From: Planctomycetota bacterium
GTDB taxonomy: Bacteria > Planctomycetota > GCA-002687715 > DRQF01
Length of the DNA stretch: 64,000 nt
Assembly (NCBI GenBank): GCA_027001995.1
Contig: JALTLO010000017.1
Coordinates: 23,012 to 87,011, forward strand
Direction of reading: 5' to 3'
The notes under the pieces are model-generated. The model saw nothing but the letters and a program-made list of their open reading frames with translations, searched no databases and had not been told where the DNA came from. A program made the position numbers and the translations under genes. Positions 40,310-49,983 of the stretch are shown piece by piece (position 1 is the stretch's first letter; each line of letters begins with the position of its first letter).

Positions 40310-40660
40310 GGGCGCAAATCCCTTCTTCAATTACGAGGCCAAGATACGTCACTTGGACTCCGTTTCCTTCTCATCGGCAGTTGAACCCCATTTCCCTGAG
40401 TCAAGGAGACATTATTAAAACCTGAGATAGCCCACCGTCCGGACATGGGGTAAGCAATGATGTGAGATCGGGCGTGAGCCCAGCCACACCGCCAATGAAG
40501 CCCAAATTCTCCATCCTTGCATAAAGATGCAGAAATAATCCGGCTTCCATCTGAATTGATTTCTGCAGGTAACCCCGAAGCTTACAAATGAGGGTAGCTT
40601 CCTCCTCACTTTGATGCGAGAATGGCGCTGGAAACACATGGAAGATAGAGATTTACGTCA

Positions 40661-41791
40661 ATGACCGGTACGCGCCCCAACCCTGAAGATCACAAACCCG
40701 CGTCCCGGGCTGGGCAGGCCATCATTTTGATGAGTACCGCCGTCACATCTGCCATTGGCGTCTTGGCATTGTCAGAGCTCCAAGGGGTCATTCGGCCTTT
40801 TATCATTGCCATCTTCTTGTGCTTCTTGATCAAGCCCCTGACCGCCAAGCTGAGTCGACGAGCTGGGATCTTTGGTTACGCTTTTGCTTTTGCCTTTCTC
40901 TTCGGCCTCTTCTCGATCGCCGAAGGTGTGATCTCCAATGATTTGGCGTCCTTTAGCAAGAACAACGAGGGCCATTACCAGAAGAACATCGCTTCATTCC
41001 AGAAGAACATCGATGAGTATCTCGAGGGACATGAAGCATTGGTAGACTTCTTGTCATGGGACAAAATCGACCCCATTGCCGACCGCAACAAAACACCCGG
41101 CGAAAAAATCATTCCCAGGGAACGCTTGGAGGAGCTTGCCAACCCGGCCATGATTTCAAGAATTCTCGGTACCGGAGCCTCTTTCTTCTTCGGTGTCTTT
41201 GGAGAGATGCTTGTTGTCTTGGTCATGATGATGCTCCTTCTCTTAGAGTCAGACAAACTGCCAGCCCGCCTCAAACAAGTCTATGGCGATGAAAAGGCAG
41301 AGGGGATCTTAGATGTATTCCGAGAAGTTGGTCTTAGTGTCACACGTTATGTCTCTCTCAAAGTATGGATTAGTTTGCTCACGGCCATATCAGGTATTGC
41401 CGTCATGTGGGCATTCGGCCTCCACTACGCTGTGACATTTGGAATCATCATTTTCGTTTTCAATTTCGTTCCTTATCTAGGCAGTGTCATCGCCACCCTT
41501 TTTCCTTGTTTCATTGCCCTTCTCCAATTTTCTCCCATCACAGCCCTGTGGCTCGGAGTATCACTCACTATTGCCCAACAAGTAATCGGAAATTTTGTTG
41601 AACCTCGGGTGGTGGGCAAAGGGTTGGCAATCAGCCCCGTCGTTGTGGTTCTTTCTCTGGGTTTCTGGGGTTGGCTTTGGGGAATCGGTGGCATGATTTT
41701 GGCAGTCCCCATCACCGTCACCCTCCGAATCATTCTGGAGCACTTTGAGACAACACGCCAGTTCGCCTTGATGATAGGCGGAGACGAATAA
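40661..41791 (+). CDS. AI-2E family transporter (PerM/YhhT-like)
   Basis: Multi-TM protein with FNFVPYLGS, IGNFVEPRVVG, WGWLWGIGGMILAVP. Confidence 0.9.
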   Translation: MTGTRPNPEDHKPASRAGQAIILMSTAVTSAIGVLALSELQGVIRPFIIAIFLCFLIKPLTAKLSRRAGIFGYAFAFAFLFGLFSIAEGVISNDLASFSKNNEGHYQKNIASFQKNIDEYLEGHEALVDFLSWDKIDPIADRNKTPGEKIIPRERLEELANPAMISRILGTGASFFFGVFGEMLVVLVMMMLLLLESDKLPARLKQVYGDEKAEGILDVFREVGLSVTRYVSLKVWISLLTAISGIAVMWAFGLHYAVTFGIIIFVFNFVPYLGSVIATLFPCFIALLQFSPITALWLGVSLTIAQQVIGNFVEPRVVGKGLAISPVVVVLSLGFWGWLWGIGGMILAVPITVTLRIILEHFETTRQFALMIGGDE

Positions 41792-41842
41792 AATGAATTA
41801 TTTGGGCCCCTACAATCCTTCCTTAAGAAGAGGGAACAGACG

Positions 41843-43885
41843 ATGAAGTGCCCCAATTGCGGCGCCAATCTGGATATTGATCAAACCCGGGCCCATTTCG
41901 CAGTCTGTGGATACTGTCAATCTTCCATTGTTGTTGACCAAGAAGCTCTCAAACTCTCAGGCAAGATGGCAGTTCTCCGCCCTCCTCTTGGGCCTTTAGC
42001 ACTTGGATTCACCGGCTCAATTGCCGGACGTGGTTTCGGCGTCCGAGGACGTGTCCGTTACGCCTACGATGCTGGTTTTTGGGACGAGTGGTACGTCGAA
42101 TTTGAAGATGGAGAATCCGGGTGGATCTCACAGGACGAAGACCGATTGGCCTTAGAAGAGCTGTCCCAAGATACGGAACTCTCGGCGACCTATTCCCAAC
42201 TTGAGGTTGGAGACATCCTGACCCTCAAACAGAAGGATTTCGTCGTCCGCGAGCTTGGTGTGGCCACCACTGAAGCTGCGGAAGGTCAATTGCCTTTCCC
42301 GATCATTGCAGGAGAAAAGCACCCTTATATCGACTTGGTTGGCCCAGAAGGTTCATTTGCCACCATTGAAATTGATGGACAAGAAACACGATGCTTCCTG
42401 GGGAAACAACTGGCGCCCAAAGACCTTCGCGTCGACCAAGAGTTTTCTCCAGACCAAAAAGATTCTCTTGAAACAGAGCATAGGGGAAGTGGCGAACAAA
42501 GACAGCGTGTGGTCAAGAAGTCTGGCCGGGAGTTAGCCCTCAACTGTGAATCCTGTGGTGGCTCTCTTGAGCACCCGGAAGGAAACCTGGACTCTCTCAC
42601 CTGCAACCATTGCGGAGCCATCGTTGATCTAAGCCTGGAGCGAGTTCCCTGCCCCAACTGCCCTGCATCCGTAGCGATCCACAATCCAGAAAGGGCCGTT
42701 CAGCTCACCTGCCAGAGTTGTCACGCCAATTTTGAATTAAACCCTTCAGATATCCCTCTCATTGGTCTTGCTGACCCAGACAAGAAACGCCCATCCCCAT
42801 TCATCCCAATCGGATCGGCCTGCCACCTCTTCGGCCAAGATTACCGCATCGTTGGCTACCTAAGAGTCTACGAGCGAGACGAAGGTGTCAAATACTTCAC
42901 CGAAGAATATCTCTTGTCCTCCCATGCCGCTGGATACCGTTGGCTGAGCGAATACGCCGGGCACTTCACCTTCTTGAAAGAACTGGAAGAATTCCCCCAG
43001 GTGAATCCCAAGACCTTGCGCAGAGCCCAAAGCTTCGAATTCAAAGGAAGAAAATGGAAGGTTCTGGAAAAGGGAACTGTGACGATTGATGCTGTAGACG
43101 GTGAATTGCCCTGGGTTGCCACCGTAGGAGACAGAAATCGTTATGCAGACGCCATTCAACCTCCCTACATGTTGTCTGCAGAATGGACAGGCCATGAAGT
43201 CTCATGGTCGCAAGGACAGTATGTTGATCGAGATGAAGTCGCCCAAGCATTCGGCATCAGCATCAAAGATCTGCCACCTGCCCGTGGCGTAGGCGCCTGC
43301 CAGGAATACATAACAACTCCATTCAAGAAGCAATCCCTTGTCGTCATGACCTTCTTTTGCTGCTTAAGCATCCTGCTTCTGGTGTGGTCCACCACCACGG
43401 GCCAAAGACTTAAAGACGAAATCTACTTAGAGCGAGCTCAATACGATCAAGAATTCGTCACCAAGGAATTCGAAATCGCCACCGCACCCTGCCTCGTTGA
43501 GTTTGAATTCCGGTCGAACATAAACAACGAATGGGTCTATCTCGATGTCGCCCTTGTGGACGAAGAGGACCGAGCGGTCATGGATTTCTCAACCCAGATG
43601 TCATACTACCACGGCCCCGATTGGTCGGAGGGCAGCCGAGAAGACACTGTGCCAGTTCGTATCGAGAAGCCAGGACTCTATAAGCTCCTAGTGAAGGGGG
43701 TTGCGGGCTCTGGAGAAACCGCGGACAACCAACTCACGAATCAAAATTACAACGTCACTGTTATTGTTCGAGAAGAAATCATCCTCAGCCGATACTTCGT
43801 GATTCTCATGGTCTTTTGCCTCATATGGATCTTCATCATACTCATTCCCAAACTCACGTTTGAAGGCAAACGTTGGAGCGAATAA
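41843..43885 (+). CDS. DUF4178-domain membrane protein with multiple zinc ribbons
   Basis: Six CxxC pairs (CPNC, CGYC, CESC, CNHC, CPNC, CQSC), two DUF4178-like domains (GRVRY...WDEWY...EGQLPF and GYLRV...EEYLL...DGELPW), two TM helices flanking a C-terminal domain. Confidence 0.8.
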   Translation: MKCPNCGANLDIDQTRAHFAVCGYCQSSIVVDQEALKLSGKMAVLRPPLGPLALGFTGSIAGRGFGVRGRVRYAYDAGFWDEWYVEFEDGESGWISQDEDRLALEELSQDTELSATYSQLEVGDILTLKQKDFVVRELGVATTEAAEGQLPFPIIAGEKHPYIDLVGPEGSFATIEIDGQETRCFLGKQLAPKDLRVDQEFSPDQKDSLETEHRGSGEQRQRVVKKSGRELALNCESCGGSLEHPEGNLDSLTCNHCGAIVDLSLERVPCPNCPASVAIHNPERAVQLTCQSCHANFELNPSDIPLIGLADPDKKRPSPFIPIGSACHLFGQDYRIVGYLRVYERDEGVKYFTEEYLLSSHAAGYRWLSEYAGHFTFLKELEEFPQVNPKTLRRAQSFEFKGRKWKVLEKGTVTIDAVDGELPWVATVGDRNRYADAIQPPYMLSAEWTGHEVSWSQGQYVDRDEVAQAFGISIKDLPPARGVGACQEYITTPFKKQSLVVMTFFCCLSILLLVWSTTTGQRLKDEIYLERAQYDQEFVTKEFEIATAPCLVEFEFRSNINNEWVYLDVALVDEEDRAVMDFSTQMSYYHGPDWSEGSREDTVPVRIEKPGLYKLLVKGVAGSGETADNQLTNQNYNVTVIVREEIILSRYFVILMVFCLIWIFIILIPKLTFEGKRWSE

Positions 43886-44085
43886 TGAACAAGAAAACGT
43901 GGGCACTCGTTGCCCTCATGGTTGGCCTATCATACACAGCAGTCCGAGCATCTGCCTCCGGATTGGGAATCCCAAAACCAGTCAAGAAACCCATCAGCAT
44001 TCGGGAAGGATCTGCCAAGACAAATAGGCGTGGTCGCTATCGCACCCGTTACTTCATGGGCGGCGGACTTCTTCGAGGCAAGTAA
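43885..44085 (+). CDS. Small basic secreted or membrane-anchored peptide ending GGGLLRGK
   Basis: ATG overlaps the upstream stop (TAATG). 66 aa: signal-like segment ending ASA, then a 42-aa tail with 12 K/R. Confidence 0.7.
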   Translation: MNKKTWALVALMVGLSYTAVRASASGLGIPKPVKKPISIREGSAKTNRRGRYRTRYFMGGGLLRGK

Positions 44086-44115
44086 GAAACAGACGGAAAT
44101 AGGAGAGAACATTTC

Positions 44116-44331
44116 ATGAATTGGTCACACGAATTCAACCAGATTTTACTGACAGTCATCTATGCCATTTTGGGCTTTTTGCTCTTAGGTTTCGGAATCA
44201 TTGTGATGGAGAAGGTCGTCCCCTTCTCCATTCGCAAAGAAATCGAAGAAGATCAAAATACGTCATTGGGGATTATCATTGCCGGAGCGATGATCGCCAT
44301 TAGCATCATGATCGCCGCCGTCATTCGCTAA
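44116..44331 (+). CDS. DUF350 family small membrane protein
   Basis: Two TM helices around PFSIRKEIEEDQNTSLGII. AGGAG RBS. Confidence 0.88.
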   Translation: MNWSHEFNQILLTVIYAILGFLLLGFGIIVMEKVVPFSIRKEIEEDQNTSLGIIIAGAMIAISIMIAAVIR

Positions 44332-45902
44332 TGAACGAATTCACAGAAGAGTCGCAACAGACGGCGATGGCCTCGGCAGTTGTCTTGACGTCAGTATTCG
44401 TCATTGCGATCTGCGGCTTAGTGTATGAGCTCATTGCTGGCACGTTGTCTTCTTACCTCTTAGGGGACTCGACGACTCAGTTCTCATTGACGATTGGGCT
44501 ATTTCTGACTTCCATGGGAGTAGGATCCTTCCTGAGTCGTTTCTTGAAGGATCATTTAGTTTTTTGGTTCGTGACCATTGAGCTCCTCATTGGCGTGGTT
44601 GGGGGATTCAGCGCCCTCGCCGGATTCGCCTCTTTCGCGTTTACAGACCTCTATGTTCCAGTTCTCATTGCCCATGTTTTTATCATTGGCGCTCTGGTTG
44701 GCTTAGAGATACCCCTTGTCATCCGACTGTTAGAAGAAGTGCGGTCATTGCGGGTCACGGTGGCCAATGTCTTCTCCGTCGACTATGCCGGAGCTCTGGT
44801 CGCTTCCATTGTCTTCCCATTCTTCCTCTTACCTCAGTTGGGCTTAGTACGATCTTCCCTGGTCGTCGGCATTACCAACGTCTTGGTAGCGGCCATCCTC
44901 CTACACAACCTCAAAAGGCAAATGAGAGGTCGGCAAAAAGGTCTGACGATTGCCGTCATCATTTCACTTGTCACACTCATCACTGCAACCGCCGTGGCCG
45001 GAAGCATGGTGAAAGAATTCGAGAACCGTGTCTATCAAGATGAGGTGATCTTCTCCTCAGCCAGTCGCTATCAACAAGTCGTCTTAACTCGTTGGAGAAA
45101 TGACACACGCCTCTATCTGAACGGACATCTCCAATTCTCGAGCGTCGATGAATATCGTTATCACGAAGCTTTGGCCATCCCCGCCCTCTCATCCGCAGAA
45201 AAGCGTGATGAAGTTCTCATCCTCGGTGGTGGTGACGGTCTACTCGCTCGACAAGTGCTGAAATTTGGGGATGTAAGAAGAATCACCTTGGTGGACTTGG
45301 ACCCCATGGTCACCGACCTGTTCTCCAACCGCGTGGTGCTCAGGGAACTCAACGACAACTCTCTTCGTTCTGAGAAAATGCGAATCCAAAACACCGATGC
45401 CATGGCCTTCTTAAGTGAAACCAACGAGGTTTTCGACGTTATCTTGATCGATTTGCCTGATCCATCGGAGAGCGCCCTCTCGAAACTCTACTCCGAAGCT
45501 TTCTATCGCCTTTGTTTGAGTCATCTTGCAGAAAATGGGACTCTTGCTACCCAAGCCACCAGCCCCTTCAGGTCCCGAGAAGCCTTCTGGTGTATCAACA
45601 AGACTCTCCAGTCTGTTCGGACCACAACAGGAGGAGGGATGAGCGAACGATTCTACTCAAGGCCTTACCATGCTTATATTCCAACGTTCGGAACTTGGGG
45701 TTTCGTCATGGCCTCCCGGCGCCCCATCGATGTCGATAGCATCAAGATATCGGTGAAAACCAACTTCCTCACCACTGAAACCTTGAGCAGCCTATTCAAC
45801 TTCCCGAAGGACATGGAACCCGTGCCAACGAAGATCAATCGCCTCAATGACCCCGTCTTATCTCAGCTCTACCGCAGCGGTTACCACAAGTATTTGGACT
45901 AA
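44331..45902 (+). CDS. speE: Membrane-anchored polyamine aminopropyltransferase (spermidine synthase-like)
   Basis: About 7 N-terminal TM helices (CGLVYEL, GLEIPL, DYAGAL), then LYLNGHLQFSSVDEYRYHE, LILGGGDG, VDLDP, IDLPDP. TAATG overlap with DUF350. Confidence 0.9.
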   Translation: MNEFTEESQQTAMASAVVLTSVFVIAICGLVYELIAGTLSSYLLGDSTTQFSLTIGLFLTSMGVGSFLSRFLKDHLVFWFVTIELLIGVVGGFSALAGFASFAFTDLYVPVLIAHVFIIGALVGLEIPLVIRLLEEVRSLRVTVANVFSVDYAGALVASIVFPFFLLPQLGLVRSSLVVGITNVLVAAILLHNLKRQMRGRQKGLTIAVIISLVTLITATAVAGSMVKEFENRVYQDEVIFSSASRYQQVVLTRWRNDTRLYLNGHLQFSSVDEYRYHEALAIPALSSAEKRDEVLILGGGDGLLARQVLKFGDVRRITLVDLDPMVTDLFSNRVVLRELNDNSLRSEKMRIQNTDAMAFLSETNEVFDVILIDLPDPSESALSKLYSEAFYRLCLSHLAENGTLATQATSPFRSREAFWCINKTLQSVRTTTGGGMSERFYSRPYHAYIPTFGTWGFVMASRRPIDVDSIKISVKTNFLTTETLSSLFNFPKDMEPVPTKINRLNDPVLSQLYRSGYHKYLD

Positions 45903-45916
45903 ACGCAAACCATACA

Positions 45917-46267
45917 ATGACTCAATCAATCGGAACCCATCTCATCGCTGACATCAATGAAGTCAGCCCAAAGCTCCTCGGGGATCGGGCTACTGTGGCG
46001 AGCATGTTAGTGAAGGCACTTAAATCCGAGCAATTCACGATCCTCAACTCCGTCGGCCATGACTTTCCCGGGGGCGGATTCACCACCCTCATTTTGCTCT
46101 CGGAATCCCACGCTTCTCTCCACAGCTACCCAGAATTGGGATACCTGGCGTTCGACCTCTTCAGTTGCGGTCAAAAAAGCCCTGAGAAGGTCTTGAACAG
46201 TCTCATGAAGGATCTGGGCACCAATTCCGCTGAGATCAACAAAGTCAAACGGGACGCCAAGACCTGA
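45917..46267 (+). CDS. speD: S-adenosylmethionine decarboxylase proenzyme (short class)
   Basis: GTHLIAD, LLSESHASLHSYPE (E|S autocleavage site), DLFSCG. Confidence 0.9.
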   Translation: MTQSIGTHLIADINEVSPKLLGDRATVASMLVKALKSEQFTILNSVGHDFPGGGFTTLILLSESHASLHSYPELGYLAFDLFSCGQKSPEKVLNSLMKDLGTNSAEINKVKRDAKT

Positions 46268-46370
46268 ATTCCACCTTATTTGCTGGCCTAAAACGCGATA
46301 ACATAGGCAGAATTTACCTCACCATGGCGGTGGGGCCTCTTGGAATTTTGCTACTCAGGGGAGTCCAGCT

Positions 46371-47069
46371 TTGTTCAACCGATGCCTTATCCTTGTCTTA
46401 CTTCTTACCATAGGCGCATGTGGTGATCAGGAATCTAAGCCCGAACCCTACAACTACACTCCAGGGACAGACCTTCTGGGCGTGGCAGCTGCCGACAAAT
46501 ACATCAATGATTTTGTCCAGCTGGGCATGATTGACAAGAGTCAACCGAATTGGAAAACCGCTCTGCCCGAGCCCAACATGATCAACTTCGATGACAAGAA
46601 GAACTACTTTTGGCTCCTGAAAACTTCCAAAGGTGAAATCAAGATCAAGTTCATGCCGGAAGTTGCCCCTTATCACGTTTCCAACGCCATTTATCTGACT
46701 CGTTTGGGCTTCTATGACGGCCTCTACTTTCATCGAGTCATGAAGAATTTCATGATGCAGGGCGGCTGCCCTTTGGGTAATGGTATGGGAAGTCCAGGCT
46801 ACAAGTTCGAAGGCGAATTCGACACCGGAGTCGTCCATGACAGAAAAGGGCTATTGAGTGCCGCGAACGCTGGCCCGGGGACTGATGGCTCTCAGTTCTT
46901 CATTACTTTCGCCCCAGCTCGCCATTTGGATGGTAAACACACGATTTATGGTGAAGTGGTGGAAGGTTTCCCCACTCTGACAAAGGTCGAGGCCCAGGCG
47001 ACGCCGTCTCAAAAACCCAAGAGAATCATCACTCTCGAGAAGGCAAGTATTCTCGAAGAAGACAAATAA
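46371..47069 (+). CDS. Cyclophilin-type peptidyl-prolyl isomerase, lipoprotein
   Basis: Lipobox [46 protein letters not shown]. Confidence 0.92.
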   Translation: MFNRCLILVLLLTIGACGDQESKPEPYNYTPGTDLLGVAAADKYINDFVQLGMIDKSQPNWKTALPEPNMINFDDKKNYFWLLKTSKGEIKIKFMPEVAPYHVSNAIYLTRLGFYDGLYFHRVMKNFMMQGGCPLGNGMGSPGYKFEGEFDTGVVHDRKGLLSAANAGPGTDGSQFFITFAPARHLDGKHTIYGEVVEGFPTLTKVEAQATPSQKPKRIITLEKASILEEDK

Positions 47070-47124
47070 GACGAGATGCTCACGCGTCTCTTACCAACTC
47101 ACTGCAGTCCAAGCTGGAATCATC

Positions 47125-48216
47125 ATGACCGTATCCTGTGGCATCGTCGGCCTTCCAAACGTCGGCAAAAGTACCATTTTTAACGCTCTCACCGCCGCAG
47201 CGGCAGAGCAAGCTAACTATCCCTTTTGTACCATCGAACCGAATGTGGCCATCGTCGACGTACCCGACGAAAACCTCACCGCCATTCACACCAGGATCAA
47301 CACCCAAAAAGTGATTCCTGCCAACCTGCGAGTGGTGGACATCGCCGGCCTCATTGCCGGTGCTTCAAAAGGCGAAGGCATGGGCAATCAGTTCTTGGCC
47401 AACATCCGGGAATGCGATGCCATCATGCAAGTCGTTCGCTGCTTCACCACCCCTAGCGTGGTGCGAGAAGGTCCCGTGGACCCCATCACCGACATCGAAA
47501 TTATCGAGCTGGAACTCATCTTGGCGGATTTGGATACCGTGAGCAAAGCGACCGAACGCGTGCGCAAGAAGACGCGGTCTGGTGACAAAGATGCCATTGC
47601 TGAATTAGCTGTGATGGAGAAAGCGAAAGCGGTCCTTGAAGCTGACCGGTTGCTGAGATCAGAAGAGTGGAAGCCCACAGACATAAAAATGCTAAAACCT
47701 CTCTGCCTCATGACCATCAAACCCATGCTCTACGTCGCCAATGTTAGCGATGATGATTTGGATGGCTCCAGCGAACACGCCCAAAAGGTTGCGAAGAAGG
47801 CAGCAGCTACGAAAGCATCCTGGATTCCAATCTGCGGAGACTTGGAATGTGAACTGAGGACCATGGAAGACGACGATCGAAGCATGTTCATGAGCGACTT
47901 GGGAATCGAAGTCTTGGGACTCGAAAGACTCATTGCGGCCACCTACGATCTCCTCGGACTTCAAACCTTCTACACCGCAGGCGAAAAAGAAGTACGGGCC
48001 TGGACAGTGCACAAAGGATGGGAAGCACCGAAAGGGGCGGGCGTTATCCACACGGACTTTGAAAAGAAGTTCATTCGAGCTGAGATTTATTCCGTGGATG
48101 ACCTCATTGAGTTCAATTCGGAGTCAGCAATCAAAGCTGCAGGTAAATTGCGCACGGAAGGCCGATCATACATCTTGCAAGAAGGTGACATTTGTCACTT
48201 CCTTATTGGCCCCTGA
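47125..48216 (+). CDS. ychF: Redox-regulated ATPase YchF
   Basis: GIVGLPNVGKST, NYPFCTIEPN, DIAGL, GEGMGNQFLANIRE, TAGEKEVRAW, IHTDF. Confidence 0.97.
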   Translation: MTVSCGIVGLPNVGKSTIFNALTAAAAEQANYPFCTIEPNVAIVDVPDENLTAIHTRINTQKVIPANLRVVDIAGLIAGASKGEGMGNQFLANIRECDAIMQVVRCFTTPSVVREGPVDPITDIEIIELELILADLDTVSKATERVRKKTRSGDKDAIAELAVMEKAKAVLEADRLLRSEEWKPTDIKMLKPLCLMTIKPMLYVANVSDDDLDGSSEHAQKVAKKAAATKASWIPICGDLECELRTMEDDDRSMFMSDLGIEVLGLERLIAATYDLLGLQTFYTAGEKEVRAWTVHKGWEAPKGAGVIHTDFEKKFIRAEIYSVDDLIEFNSESAIKAAGKLRTEGRSYILQEGDICHFLIGP

Positions 48217-48252
48217 CCCGGATGGGGAGTCCCTCCCCTCTATTCGGACCAA

Positions 48253-49842
48253 TTAGCTGATCACCAGGACAATGGCGTTAGTAACGCTGAAATTGCCCGT
48301 CGTTTCTTCGACCACACCTTGGAAAGTAAGAGTCAAAGGGAAGAAGACCGGAATTTGAGGGCCGGAATTCCAAGGGGTTGGGTGAGACACAATCAACTGA
48401 CCACAAACATCAACGGCAGTTGAATTGGTGAAAGTGAACAACAGGGGGTGTCCCCAAGGATAAAGTGGGCATGGCAACACAATCATGTCTCCAATCCCAA
48501 AAGGGAGACTCACGGAGTCATGGGGTCCTGGTATCCCAAAGAATCCATAAACCGCGAAATGAGAAGGCACAAGATTGGTGGGAGGATGCAGCATGCTCAT
48601 GGAGTTGCTCTGTCCTATGGTGGCTTCGACTCGCCGATCAGCGCCACCATCTTCGCCGTTGATCAACAAGACAGGCCCGTTCGCCATCGCTCCGGGGGAC
48701 AAATTGCCGCCAACAAATGGAGAGGCAGATATGTCGCTAACCTCGAAAGCCCCCAAATCTGCTGCCCCGTAAAGTACTCTCTCCTCTCCCACCAAGTCGA
48801 GTTGAGCCATAAAAGGCGAACTGTTCGCGCCAGCGTTAATCCCCGGTGAACCTGGAGACAAACGAAAATCGTCCATAGCCAAGTCAACGAACATGGGATC
48901 AGCGTCAATCATCTGGAGACCAGCGTAACCGTTTTCGATGTCTGTGTAGCTCATCTGCGCAACGCCACTGACGGAAGCAATCGTCGCTCCTACGTTGTGG
49001 TAAATGATCGAGTTGTTCACGCTCAAGAAGGCAATGCTCCCATCACATCCGATCGTGGCGCCAGCACTCGTGGTATTAGCCGCGATGGTAGAACCTTCAA
49101 CGATCATCGCCGTTCCCCCACTGGCCAAATAAATCGCGCTGCCGGTTGCAAATGCCATGTTCGCCGGGACTGGGGCCAGAACATTACAACAGATCAAGCA
49201 ATTGACAACCAGCAGATTGCTCCCCGCTGCACTGGCGATTCCCGCACCATAAAGGTTGGAAATGTTGCGCATAATGCGGCAGTTAAGAAGAGTGGGAAAT
49301 CCTGTCGGTAATACGCTCAAACCGCCACCGGCCCCCGTGGCCGTATTGTTGGAGAAAGTGCAATTCTGAAACAAAGGGGAGCCAGAGATTTCAGCCCCCC
49401 CACCTCGGGTTGCTTGATTCCCAGTAATGATGCAATCGCGAACGATCGGAGAACTTGAGGAGCAGTAGATTCCTCCTCCGGCAGTCACTGGCCCATTGGG
49501 CCCTATGACGACCTGGGTCCCAAGTCCATTTGTCAGAGTGAATCCTTCTAAAACAGATCCCGGGCCTTCGCCGAAAACGAATATCGCCACAGGAAGCAAG
49601 CCACCACCATCCAGAGTCGTGTTGGATGCTCCGTTAACTCCTCGGACTGTAATCGCCTTGCCCAAGAAGTTGATGTTTTCGACATAATGGCCGGGGGCCA
49701 CTTCGATTACGTCGCCAAAAGACGCCGCAACTATGGCTCCTTGGATCGTCGCGACACTTCCTGGTACTGAAATGGTTGCTTGTCCAAACGCCACAAATCC
49801 AAGGTGAATGACGAAAAGGAAAGTTAGGAATGATTGGCGCAT
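48253..49842 (-). CDS. Secreted right-handed parallel beta-helix protein with conserved C-terminal domain
   Basis: Signal peptide from ATG 49842, TIQGAI...VAPGHYVENINF, GGG/N-x-A repeats, DPMFVD...DFRLSPGSPGINAG. Ends FQ...TNAIVLVIS. Confidence 0.8.
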   Translation of the reverse strand: MRQSFLTFLFVIHLGFVAFGQATISVPGSVATIQGAIVAASFGDVIEVAPGHYVENINFLGKAITVRGVNGASNTTLDGGGLLPVAIFVFGEGPGSVLEGFTLTNGLGTQVVIGPNGPVTAGGGIYCSSSSPIVRDCIITGNQATRGGGAEISGSPLFQNCTFSNNTATGAGGGLSVLPTGFPTLLNCRIMRNISNLYGAGIASAAGSNLLVVNCLICCNVLAPVPANMAFATGSAIYLASGGTAMIVEGSTIAANTTSAGATIGCDGSIAFLSVNNSIIYHNVGATIASVSGVAQMSYTDIENGYAGLQMIDADPMFVDLAMDDFRLSPGSPGINAGANSSPFMAQLDLVGEERVLYGAADLGAFEVSDISASPFVGGNLSPGAMANGPVLLINGEDGGADRRVEATIGQSNSMSMLHPPTNLVPSHFAVYGFFGIPGPHDSVSLPFGIGDMIVLPCPLYPWGHPLLFTFTNSTAVDVCGQLIVSHPTPWNSGPQIPVFFPLTLTFQGVVEETTGNFSVTNAIVLVIS

Positions 49843-49983
49843 ATCTGACTCACGGTCCATCTGGGTAGAAGGCTCATTCAACCAGCCCATCAAGTCGTGG
49901 ACAAGAGTTAAAACGAAATTCGACCCTCTGGCACCCAATCAGCCACAGAGCCCCACTCTTTGATCGGATGAATCCAAGACAAT

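Noticed and set aside
40330..40660. Possible structured RNA (SRP/6S-like) or short ORFs in the DUF4388/AI-2E gap
   Set aside because: No SRP core motif or long stem is recognisable, and the short ORFs lack RBS and motifs. It is most simply a divergent promoter region.
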